Shown one piece after another: positions 1-10,498 of a stretch of 39,470 bases of DNA (positions are counted from its first letter, which is position 1; every line of letters begins with the position of its first letter). A program made the position numbers and the translations under genes. Source of the stretch: an uncultured Gammaproteobacteria bacterium (GTDB taxonomy: Bacteria > Pseudomonadota > Gammaproteobacteria > Xanthomonadales > Xanthomonadaceae). The notes beneath the pieces were generated by a model. The model did not search any database. It saw only the letters and a program-made list of their open reading frames with translations, and was not told the origin of the DNA. The stretch covers positions 1 to 39,470 of the forward strand of contig CBININ010000001.1 of NCBI GenBank assembly GCA_966250755.1. The letters are read 5' to 3'.

Positions 1-51
1 CTGGGCTTCGCCATGCTCGGAATCTTCGCCTTCGCGTTGTTCGTGCCCTGA
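1..51 (+). CDS. 3' end of a probable membrane protein (partial)
   Basis: Frame 1 reads LGFAMLGIFAFALFVP then TGA at 49-51; hydrophobic with GC-rich codon usage; convergent with the permease gene. Confidence 0.4.
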   Translation: MGFAMLGIFAFALFVP

Positions 52-77
52 CTGACGCGCGGCCGTCCGGCCGCGCG

Positions 78-2582
78 CTACTCCTGCAGTTCGCGCAATA
101 CCACCGTCGGCGGCGCCGACAGCACCCGCCGGGTCGCCGCCAGGCCCGCCACCATGGAAGCGAAGATGCCGAGCGCGGTGCTCGTGGCCACCAGGCCCCA
201 GTCCGCATTGAAGGGAAGGTCGAAGACCTGCCGCGCGACCACGCCGGCCAGGATCGTCGCCGCGATCGCCGCCACCAACCCGGTGATCGCGCCCACCGCG
301 GCGAACTCGCTCGCCTGCGCCAGCAACAGCTGCCGCCGCGTGCCGCCGAGCACGCGCATGACCGCCGCCTCGCGCAGGCGCTCGTCCTGCGAGGCGCTCA
401 CCGAGGCCAGCAACACCAGCACGCCCGCCGCCAGCGAGAAGTAGAAGATCGCCTCCACCACGCGCGAGACCTGCGCCACGGTGCCGCGCACCTGGTCGAG
501 CACCGCGTCCACGTCGATCACGGTCAGGTTGGGGAACTCGCGCACCAGGCTGCGCGTAAGCTCGCCCGCGCGCGGCCGCGGCACGTGCACGCCGCCGATG
601 TAACTGGCGGCATAGCCGTCGAGCGCACCCGGCGAGGCCAGCACGAAGAAGTTGGGCCGGAAGCTCTCCCACTCGACCCGTCGCAGGCTGGTGATCCGGG
701 CCTCGAAGGGCTGGCCGGCGATGTCGAAACCGACGCGGTCGCCGACCTTCCAGCCCAGGGTCTGGGCGAACTCCTGCTCGACCGACAGCTCCGGCGTGGC
801 CGCACCCGTGGCCGGCCAGAACCTTCCCGCCGTCACTTCATTGTCGTCGCCGATGCCCTTGCCGAAGCTCAGGTTGAACTCGCGCTCGGCCATCCGCCTC
901 GCTCGCTCGCCACGGGCCGCGAAGTCCCTGCCGGTGACCGGCTTGCCGTTCACCGCCACCAGCCGCGCCCGCACCATCGGGAACAGCAGCGGGTCGCGCA
1001 CGCCCTGCGTCGCCAGCAGGTGCGTCACCGGCGCCACCTGGTCCTGCTGCACGTTGATCACGAAGCGGTTGGGCGCGTCCGCCGGCATCGCCTGCTGCCA
1101 GCGCGACAGCAGGTCGGTGCGGACGAAGGTGAGCAGCATCAGCACCATCAGGCCCAGGCCGAGCGACGCGATCTGCGCGATGCTGGCGGCTGGACGCCGG
1201 CTGACATTGGCCAGGCCGTAGCGCCAGGGACCGCGCAGGCGCGTGCGCAAGCGGCGCAACAGCCACACCAACGCGTACGCGATCAGGCCCAGCACCGCCA
1301 GCGTGCCGGCGATGCCGCCCAGCATCGCGGTGCCGAGCGAGGCCGAGCCGGCCTTCCACCACAGCAGCAGTCCCAGCCCGGACAAGCCAAGCAGGCTGAC
1401 CACCCAGGCGCTCGGCTCGCCGACGTCGAGGTCGCGCCGCAACACCCGCAGCGCGGGCACGCGACGCAGCGCGAGTACCGGTGGCAGGCCGAAGGCCAGC
1501 AGCACCGTCAGGCCGACGCCGAGGCCTTCGAAGGCGGGGCGCCAACCGGCGCCCGGGATCGCGACGTGCAAGGCCTGCGCGAGATAACCGCCGACCGCCG
1601 ATTGCAGGCCCAGCGCCAGCAGCACGCCGACCGTGCTGGCGACCAACCCGAGCATCAGCAGTTCGCCCACGTGCACGCCCACCAGGGTGGCCTGGCTGGC
1701 GCCGAGGCAGCGCATCACCGCGCTGCCGGCCAGGTGGCGCGCCGCATGCCGGCGCGCCGCCATCGCCACCGCGATCGCCGCCAGCACCACCGACACCAGT
1801 GCGGCCAGGCCGAGGAAGCGGTCGGCGCGATCGAGCGCGGAACGGATCTCGGGACGCGCGTCCGCGGCGGTCTCCAGGCGCTGCCCGCGCCCGAGCAGTG
1901 GCCGCGTCGTCGCGATGAAGCGCTCCGCCGCGGCGGTGTCGCCCGCCACCACCAGCCGCCAGGTGATGCGGCTGCCTGGCTGCACCAGCCCGCTGCGCGC
2001 GAGGTCGGCGAGGTTGAAGAACACCTTTGGCCCGGAGTTGAGGTAGTTGAGCGAGGCTTCCGGTTCCTGCACCACCAGCGCGCCGACACGCAGTTGCAGG
2101 TTGCCGACGCCGATGCTGTCGCCGACGCGCACGCCCATGGCCTGCGCGCCGGATCGGCTCATCCAGGCCGTGCCCGGCCGCGGGACCGCACCGGCCACGG
2201 TTTCGGCGCCGCCCTCGCGCCCCTCGATGAGGAAACTGCCGCGCAAGGGAAAGCCCTCGCCGATGGCGCGGATCTCGCCCAGCTGCACGGCTTCGCCCGC
2301 CGTCACCATGCTGGGGAAGGAGGCAGTCCGCGTGCTGCGCAGGCCCGGTGCCCGCGCCCGCGCCAAGAGGGCCTGGGGAATCGGTTCGTCCGCGCGCAGC
2401 ACGGCGTCGCCGCCGAGCAACTTGTTGGCCTCCAGCGCCAACGCCCGCTCGGCGCGGTCGGTGAGGAAACCCACCGCCGAGACCGCCATCACCGCGAGCA
2501 CCAGCGCCGCCGCGAGGATGCGCAATTCGCCGGCGGCGAGGTCGCGACGAAGCTGGCGCCAGGCCAGGGCGACGACCTTCAT
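78..2582 (-). CDS. ybbP: ABC transporter permease, YbbP/FtsX-like (type VII)
   Basis: 834 aa, two FtsX-like membrane repeats; AWRQLRRD start, LLGGD, PNRFVINVQ, WESFRPNFF motifs; next to ybbA and divergent tesA. Confidence 0.9.
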   Translation of the reverse strand: MKVVALAWRQLRRDLAAGELRILAAALVLAVMAVSAVGFLTDRAERALALEANKLLGGDAVLRADEPIPQALLARARAPGLRSTRTASFPSMVTAGEAVQLGEIRAIGEGFPLRGSFLIEGREGGAETVAGAVPRPGTAWMSRSGAQAMGVRVGDSIGVGNLQLRVGALVVQEPEASLNYLNSGPKVFFNLADLARSGLVQPGSRITWRLVVAGDTAAAERFIATTRPLLGRGQRLETAADARPEIRSALDRADRFLGLAALVSVVLAAIAVAMAARRHAARHLAGSAVMRCLGASQATLVGVHVGELLMLGLVASTVGVLLALGLQSAVGGYLAQALHVAIPGAGWRPAFEGLGVGLTVLLAFGLPPVLALRRVPALRVLRRDLDVGEPSAWVVSLLGLSGLGLLLWWKAGSASLGTAMLGGIAGTLAVLGLIAYALVWLLRRLRTRLRGPWRYGLANVSRRPAASIAQIASLGLGLMVLMLLTFVRTDLLSRWQQAMPADAPNRFVINVQQDQVAPVTHLLATQGVRDPLLFPMVRARLVAVNGKPVTGRDFAARGERARRMAEREFNLSFGKGIGDDNEVTAGRFWPATGAATPELSVEQEFAQTLGWKVGDRVGFDIAGQPFEARITSLRRVEWESFRPNFFVLASPGALDGYAASYIGGVHVPRPRAGELTRSLVREFPNLTVIDVDAVLDQVRGTVAQVSRVVEAIFYFSLAAGVLVLLASVSASQDERLREAAVMRVLGGTRRQLLLAQASEFAAVGAITGLVAAIAATILAGVVARQVFDLPFNADWGLVATSTALGIFASMVAGLAATRRVLSAPPTVVLRELQE

Positions 2583-2610
2583 GTGGCGGCTCCGGAGTCG
2601 CGGCCGGCGG

Positions 2611-3333
2611 TCATGCGTCGCCGCCCTCGACGAGGCGGCCGCCGGCCAGGCGCAGCACGCGGGAGCAGCGCGCCGCCAGCCGTTCGTCGTGGGTCACCAG
2701 CACCAGGGTGGTGCCGGACTGCGCGTTGAGTTCGAACAGCAGGTCGATGACCGCGCGCCCGGTGTCGGTATCGAGGTTGCCGGTAGGCTCGTCGGCGAAC
2801 AGCAGCGAGGGCGCGGTGACGAAGGCGCGTGCCAGCGCGACGCGCTGCTGCTCGCCGCCCGACAGCTGGCGCGGATAGTGGGTGAGCCGTTGGCCCAGGC
2901 CCACGCGCTCGAGGATGGCTTGCGCCGCTGCGGCGGGTTGGCGGTCGCCGCGCAATTCCAGCGGCAGCATCACGTTCTCCAGCGCGGTCAGCGCCGGCAG
3001 CAACTGGAAACTCTGGAACACGAAGCCGACCTTGGCGCCGCGCAGGCGCGCGCGGCCGTCCTCGTCCAGGCCCGACAGCGCGACGCCGTCGAGCGAGACC
3101 TCGCCCGTGCTGGGCAGGTCCAGGCCCGCCAGAAGGGAGAGCAACGTGGATTTGCCCGAGCCTGAAGCGCCGACCACCGCCACCGCCTCGCCGGGCCGGA
3201 TGCGGAAACTCACGCCGTCCAGGATGGTCAAGGCATGGTCGGGCAGCCTGACGGTCTTGCCCAGCCCCCGCGCCACCAGTTCGCCCGCCCCCGTCTTGGA
3301 AAGCGCGGGCGTCGCCGCAATGCTGTCGGTCAT
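2611..3333 (-). CDS. ybbA: ABC transporter ATP-binding protein, YbbA/LolD-like
   Basis: Walker A GASGSGKS, signature LSGGEQQ, Walker B LFADEPTGNLD, H-loop VTHD. Confidence 0.92.
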   Translation of the reverse strand: MTDSIAATPALSKTGAGELVARGLGKTVRLPDHALTILDGVSFRIRPGEAVAVVGASGSGKSTLLSLLAGLDLPSTGEVSLDGVALSGLDEDGRARLRGAKVGFVFQSFQLLPALTALENVMLPLELRGDRQPAAAAQAILERVGLGQRLTHYPRQLSGGEQQRVALARAFVTAPSLLFADEPTGNLDTDTGRAVIDLLFELNAQSGTTLVLVTHDERLAARCSRVLRLAGGRLVEGGDA

Positions 3334-3352
3334 GGATCAGGAGCCTTCGAGG

Positions 3353-4036
3353 ATGAACATGGGATATGGAGGGTCGCCGAGGCGGCTTCAACGGGGCGTC
3401 ATGGCCTTCTTCGCCCTGTTGGGCCTGATGCTATCGGCCGCCGCGGGCGCGGCTCCCGTGCCGAAGGCCACGGCCCCCGCGTCGCCGGCGCGCACGGTGC
3501 TGGTGCTCGGCGACTCGCTGTCGGCGGGCTACGGCCTGGCGGCCTCGCAGGGCTGGGTAGCGTTGACCGCCAGGAAAATGGCTGCCTCGCATCCGGCCTG
3601 GAAGGTGGTCAACGCCAGCGTCAGCGGCGAGACCACGGCCGGCGGCGCCGCGCGGATCGCCGGTGAACTCAAGCGGCACCGGCCGACGGTCGTCGTCGTC
3701 GAACTGGGCGCCAACGACGGCCTGCGCGGCCTGCCGCTCGCGCAGACCCGGGCCAACCTGGAGGCCATCATCCGTGCCTCGAAGCAGGCGGGCGCGCGCG
3801 TGCTGGTCCTCGGCATGCGCATGCCGCCCAATTTCGGCCCGGCCTACACGCGGGGTTTCGAAGCCAACTACCGCGACTTGTCGAAGAAGCACCAGGCGGC
3901 GTTGCTGCCCTTCCTGCTGGAACCGATCGCGGCCAATCGCGCGAACTTCCAGGCCGACAACCTGCATCCGACCGCGGCGGCGCAACTGCGCCTGCGCGAC
4001 CACGTTTGGCCGGCACTGGCGCCCCTGCTGCGCTGA
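3353..4036 (+). CDS. tesA: GDSL/SGNH arylesterase / acyl-CoA thioesterase I
   Basis: GDSLSAG, SGETT, ELGANDGLRG and DNLHP blocks; signal-peptide-like N-terminus; start at 3353 or 3401. Confidence 0.88.
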   Translation: MNMGYGGSPRRLQRGVMAFFALLGLMLSAAAGAAPVPKATAPASPARTVLVLGDSLSAGYGLAASQGWVALTARKMAASHPAWKVVNASVSGETTAGGAARIAGELKRHRPTVVVVELGANDGLRGLPLAQTRANLEAIIRASKQAGARVLVLGMRMPPNFGPAYTRGFEANYRDLSKKHQAALLPFLLEPIAANRANFQADNLHPTAAAQLRLRDHVWPALAPLLR

Positions 4037-4055
4037 AGCCTCTCGCCGGCCGGCC

Positions 4056-4745
4056 TCAGTCGCCGGCAAGCTCCACCAGGCTGGCGTAGTCGTGGCCGAA
4101 CACGCCCGGCGCATCCTTCGGCAGCAAGGCCACGATCGCCCGCGCCACCGCGTCGGCGTCGATCGCGCGATAGGGCCGGAAGCGTCCGTGCAGCAGCCAG
4201 TTGGCCACGGGCGCCAGCCGCTGGAACAGCGCTTCGGTCGGGCGACGCTGCGTGCGCGGACCGAGCAACAGGCTGGGGCGAAGGATGTCCAGGCGGGTGT
4301 AGCCGGCCTTCTCCAGCGTGTCCTCGACTTCGCCCTTCACCCGCAGGTAGAAGTTGGCGGACTGCCGGCTGGCACCCACCGAACTGACCAGCACGGCGTG
4401 CCGCGCGCCCCGGGTGCGGGCGATGCGCGACAGGCGCAACACCAACTCGCGATCCACGGCGATGAAGCCCTCGCGCGAGCCGGCCGCGCGCAGGGTGGTG
4501 CCCAGGCAGCAGACGAAGGCGTCCAGCGGGCCCGGCGCCGCGGCGTCCAGCGCCCGCGCGAAGTCCTCGTCCCCAAGCGCGAAGTCCAGCACCGGCGCCT
4601 GCAGCCGCGGATGCGCGCGCTGCAACGTCCGGCGCACCGGCGCCAGCACCCGGGCCTGTGAGCCCGGCTCGTCGAGCAGGCGCCGCAACACGCGGTCGCC
4701 CACCAGCCCGGTGGCGCCGGCGAGCAGGATGCGCGGCGCGCTCAC
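4056..4745 (-). CDS. NAD(P)-binding Rossmann protein, YraR/TIP30-like atypical SDR
   Basis: ILLAGATGLVG, CCLGTT, FYLRVKGEVE, RPSLLLG; GTG start overlaps the GST stop (GTGA). Confidence 0.85.
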   Translation of the reverse strand: MSAPRILLAGATGLVGDRVLRRLLDEPGSQARVLAPVRRTLQRAHPRLQAPVLDFALGDEDFARALDAAAPGPLDAFVCCLGTTLRAAGSREGFIAVDRELVLRLSRIARTRGARHAVLVSSVGASRQSANFYLRVKGEVEDTLEKAGYTRLDILRPSLLLGPRTQRRPTEALFQRLAPVANWLLHGRFRPYRAIDADAVARAIVALLPKDAPGVFGHDYASLVELAGD

Positions 4746-5377
4746 GCCCATTCGGTGAGCTGCTCTCGCGCGTAGAGCGCCTTGAAGGAGGGCCGGGCCC
4801 GCATGGCATTGGCCAGGCGCTCGAGCGCCGGCCAGTCGGTCGCGGGGCGCGGCATCTTGCGCGACCAGCGCATCAGCATCGTCAGCTGGAAATCGGCCGC
4901 GCTGAGGCGCTCGCCCAGCAGGTACGGGCCGTTGGCGGCCAGGTGCGCGTCGAGCGTGTCGAAACAGCGCGCGGCGCGCTCGGCGGCCCGTTGCATCACC
5001 ACCTCGGCCAGTTCGGCGCCCGCCGGCTCGTCGGGGTACCACCAGGCGCGGAACTGCGGTTGCAGCATGTTGGCCAGGTAATGCATCCACTGGTAATAGC
5101 GCGCACGCTCCAGGCTGCCCACCGGCGGCGCCAGCCGCGCTTCCGGGTGCGTGTCGGCCAGGTGCATGACGATGGCGCCGGACTCGGTCAGCACCTGCCC
5201 GTCGTCCAACACCAGTGCCGGCACCACGCCGGAAGGGTTGAGCCGCAGGTACTCGGGCGACTTCTGCGCCTTGCTCGCGAAGTCCACCAGCTGCAGGTCG
5301 CAGGATTCGCCGAGTTCGAGCAGCAGCCAGTGCACCACCAGGCTGGCGGCGCCGGGCGAGTAGTAGAGGGTCGTCAT
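4742..5377 (-). CDS. glutathione S-transferase (beta-class-like)
   Basis: LYYSPGAAS, LNPSGVVPAL, LTESGAI, GERLSAAD motifs. Confidence 0.92.
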   Translation of the reverse strand: MTTLYYSPGAASLVVHWLLLELGESCDLQLVDFASKAQKSPEYLRLNPSGVVPALVLDDGQVLTESGAIVMHLADTHPEARLAPPVGSLERARYYQWMHYLANMLQPQFRAWWYPDEPAGAELAEVVMQRAAERAARCFDTLDAHLAANGPYLLGERLSAADFQLTMLMRWSRKMPRPATDWPALERLANAMRARPSFKALYAREQLTEWA

Positions 5378-5417
5378 GGGCTTCTCCGGCGCGGCGGAAG
5401 GGGCGCAGGCGGGCAGC

Positions 5418-6935
5418 TTACTCGACTGCGACCGGGATCTTGCCGATCCGCGCCTGCCAGAGCTTCGGCCCGGACCTGTGGACGGATTCGCCGCGCGAAT
5501 CCACCGCGACGGTGACCGGCATGTCGCGGACCTCGAACTCGTAGATCGCCTCCATGCCCAGGTCCTCGAAGCCGACCACCCGCGCGGCCTTGATCGCCTT
5601 CGACACCAGGTAGGCGGCGCCGCCGACGGCCATCAGGTAGACCGAGCGGTGCCTGCGGATCGCCTCGATCGCCGCCGGCCCGCGCTCGGCCTTGCCGACC
5701 ATGCCCAGCAGGCCGGTCTGCGCCAGCACCTGCTCGGTGAACTTGTCCATGCGGGTGGCCGTGGTCGGGCCGGCCGGCCCGATCACCTCGTCGCGCACCG
5801 GATCCACCGGGCCGACGTAGTAGATGAAGCGCCCGCGCAGGTCCACCGGCAGCGCTTCGCCGCGGTCGAGCAAGCCGACGATGCGCTTGTGCGCGGCGTC
5901 GCGGCCGGTCAGCAGCTTGCCATTGAGCAGCAGCGTTTCGCCGGGCTGCCAGGCGGTGACGTCCTCGGGCGTGATCGAATCCAGGTCCACCCGACGGCCC
6001 TTCGAGGCGTCGTAGGTCAGGCTCGGCCAGTCCGCCAGCGAGGGCGGATCCAGCGCGACCGGGCCGCTGCCGTCGAGGGAGAAGTGCGCGTGCCGCGTCG
6101 CCGCGCAATTCGGAATCATCGCAATGGGAAGGTTGGCCGCGTGCGTCGGATAGTCCTTCACCTTGACGTCGAGCACGGTGGTCAGCCCGCCCAGGCCCTG
6201 GGCGCCGATGCCGAGCGCGTTGACCTTCTCGTACAGCGCCAGGCGCAGTTCCTCGACCCGGTTCATCGGCCCGCGCGCCTGCAGCTCGGTGATGTCGATC
6301 GGCTCCATCAGCGCTTCCTTGGCCAGCAGCATCGCCTTCTCGGCGGTGCCGCCGATGCCGATGCCGAGCATGCCCGGCGGGCACCAGCCCGCGCCCATCG
6401 TCGGCACGGTCCTGAGCACCCAGTCCACGATCGAGTCGGAGGGATTGAGCATGGCGAACTTCGACTTCGCTTCCGAACCGCCGCCCTTGGCCGCGACGAT
6501 CACGTCCACCGTGCCACCGGGCACGACCTTCATGTTCACCACTGCCGGCGTGTTGTCGCGGGTGTTCAGGCGCTTGCCGGCCGGGTCGGCCAGCACCGAG
6601 GCGCGCAGCTTGTTGTCCGGGTGGTTGTAGGCGCGGCGCACGCCCTCGTTGACCATGTCCTCCACGCCCATCGTGGCGTCCGGCCAGCGCACGTCCATGC
6701 CGACCTCGAGGAAGACAGTGACGATGCCGGTGTCCTGGCAGATCGGGCGGTGGCCTTCGGCGCACATGCGCGAGTTGACCAGGATCTGCGCGATCGCGTC
6801 CTTCGCCGCCGGCGACTCCTCGCGCTCGTAAGCCGCGGCCAGGTTCCTGATGTAGTCGACGGGGTGGTAGTACGAGATGTACTGCAGCGCGTCGGCGACG
6901 GACTGGATGAAGTCTTCCTGCTTGATGTCGGCCAT
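5418..6935 (-). CDS. class I (Fe-S) fumarate hydratase
   Basis: RPICQDTG, KGGGSE, GWCPPG, NCAATRH, GRDAAH, GPTTATRMD; start taken at MADIKQEDF (ATG 6935). Confidence 0.95.
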   Translation of the reverse strand: MADIKQEDFIQSVADALQYISYYHPVDYIRNLAAAYEREESPAAKDAIAQILVNSRMCAEGHRPICQDTGIVTVFLEVGMDVRWPDATMGVEDMVNEGVRRAYNHPDNKLRASVLADPAGKRLNTRDNTPAVVNMKVVPGGTVDVIVAAKGGGSEAKSKFAMLNPSDSIVDWVLRTVPTMGAGWCPPGMLGIGIGGTAEKAMLLAKEALMEPIDITELQARGPMNRVEELRLALYEKVNALGIGAQGLGGLTTVLDVKVKDYPTHAANLPIAMIPNCAATRHAHFSLDGSGPVALDPPSLADWPSLTYDASKGRRVDLDSITPEDVTAWQPGETLLLNGKLLTGRDAAHKRIVGLLDRGEALPVDLRGRFIYYVGPVDPVRDEVIGPAGPTTATRMDKFTEQVLAQTGLLGMVGKAERGPAAIEAIRRHRSVYLMAVGGAAYLVSKAIKAARVVGFEDLGMEAIYEFEVRDMPVTVAVDSRGESVHRSGPKLWQARIGKIPVAVE

Positions 6936-6954
6936 TCTCGTGGGTGATCCAGGG

Positions 6955-8838
<1,884 letters not shown>

Positions 8839-8926
8839 CCGTCCATTTTACCGCCGGCCACCTCCACCGCGCGAATCTGTGCGCCAACCGCCGTTCACCG
8901 CCGCTTCGAACACCTAGACTCGCAGG

Positions 8927-10441
8927 ATGGACAGCCGTGCCGAAAAGCTCTGGCGTCGCGGGTTGGCCCACTTCCGGCAGGGGAACCTGGAAGCCGCGCA
9001 AGCCAGTTTCGAAGCCCTCCTGGCCCGCGACCCGGGTTCGGGCCGCGCCTTGCTGCACCTGTCCCTGGTGTGTACCCAGCGCGGCCGCCACGGCCGCGCC
9101 GCGGAATTGGCGGAGCAGGCATTGGCATGCGATCCCGCGCTACCCGGCGGCGGCCATGCCTACCTCGCCCGTTGCCTGTTGCGTGCCGGCGCCCCCGAAC
9201 GCGCCCGCGCAGTGGCCATGCGCGCAACGTCGGGGCCGCGCGCGTCGGTGGCTTCGCTCGGCTCGCTCGCCGGCCTCATGACCTGGCTGGACGAACATGC
9301 ACAGGCCATCGACCTCTATGGCGAAGCCATCGCGATCGACCCGGGACTGGCCTCGTTGCGCTTCGATCGCGCCCAGGCCCACCTGCGCTTCGGCCAGGTG
9401 GAGGCCGCCGAGCGGGACCTCGAGGATTGCCTGCGGGTTGCCCCCGGACACGCGAAGGCCCATTGGCTCGTCGCCAACCTGCGCGCCCAGGACCTCGCGA
9501 GCAACCACGTCGCCCGCCTCGCGCGCCTGCTGCCCGCGGCCGCAGCCGCTGACCGCGAGACCCTGGCCCTGGCCCTGTTCAAGGAACTCGACGACCTGGG
9601 CGACGGCGCCGGAGCGACGGCGGCGCTTCGCACCGCCATGGCTGCGCGTGGTGCACGTTCCCGGGCCGCGGCGGAGACCGTCGCCAGGCACCGGCGGCTC
9701 GTCGACGCACTCCTCTCCGAGCCGCGGTCGGCCAACGAAGCGACGGCACTGGATGGCCCGTCGGTATTCGTCGTCGGCATGCCCCGCGCTGGCGTCGGAC
9801 TGCTCGGTCGGCTGCTCTCGCGGCATTCGCGGCTCCACTGGCTGGGAACCCAACGCGCCTGGAGCCGGCAACTGGACGTCGCGCTTGGCCGCGGAAACGG
9901 CCTGCTGGACCGCAGCGACCTGGCGAGGTCGCGGACGCTGGACCTGCGGCGGCTGGGCGACCGGTTCCTCGCCGACGTGCTTCCCGCAGGCGCCAAGCCG
10001 CCGATGGCTTGCGCGAGCGACCCGTGGGATTACCTGCATGTCGGCATGATCGCGCGGGCCTTGCCGGGCGCGCGCTTCGTCCACGTCGTGCGCGACCCGG
10101 TGGACTGCTGCGCTTCACTCCTGCTGCAGCCGCCGGACGGCGGATTCTCTGACGGGATGGATGGCGCCGACGTGGCTGAACTTCACGCCGACCAGGGCCG
10201 CCTCATGCAGCACTGGCACGAGCAACTGCCCGGCCGGATCATCGACGTGAGCTACGAGAGCCTGGTCGAAAAGCCGGAGATGATCCTCCGTGTCCTTTGC
10301 TCCTTCCTCGGCATCCGGTACGCGTCGTCGCTGCGCATGGGCCTGCAGCTGCACTCGCGCAGCATCGGCCGGGGCCGACGGTACCTGGCCGAACTGCCCG
10401 GCCTCGGCGAAGCGCTGGCACGGCGGGACCGCGCGGCCTGA
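8927..10441 (+). CDS. TPR-repeat sulfotransferase-family protein (degenerate PAPS motif)
   Basis: N-terminal TPR-like helices; C-terminal FVVGMPRAG, ARFVHVVRDPVD, VSYESLVEKPE, LCSFLG. Confidence 0.8.
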   Translation: MDSRAEKLWRRGLAHFRQGNLEAAQASFEALLARDPGSGRALLHLSLVCTQRGRHGRAAELAEQALACDPALPGGGHAYLARCLLRAGAPERARAVAMRATSGPRASVASLGSLAGLMTWLDEHAQAIDLYGEAIAIDPGLASLRFDRAQAHLRFGQVEAAERDLEDCLRVAPGHAKAHWLVANLRAQDLASNHVARLARLLPAAAAADRETLALALFKELDDLGDGAGATAALRTAMAARGARSRAAAETVARHRRLVDALLSEPRSANEATALDGPSVFVVGMPRAGVGLLGRLLSRHSRLHWLGTQRAWSRQLDVALGRGNGLLDRSDLARSRTLDLRRLGDRFLADVLPAGAKPPMACASDPWDYLHVGMIARALPGARFVHVVRDPVDCCASLLLQPPDGGFSDGMDGADVAELHADQGRLMQHWHEQLPGRIIDVSYESLVEKPEMILRVLCSFLGIRYASSLRMGLQLHSRSIGRGRRYLAELPGLGEALARRDRAA

Positions 10442-10498
10442 GCCACGTACGCGCCGGCCGGGATTACACTCGTCCCAGGCCTCCTCGAACCGCCCTCG

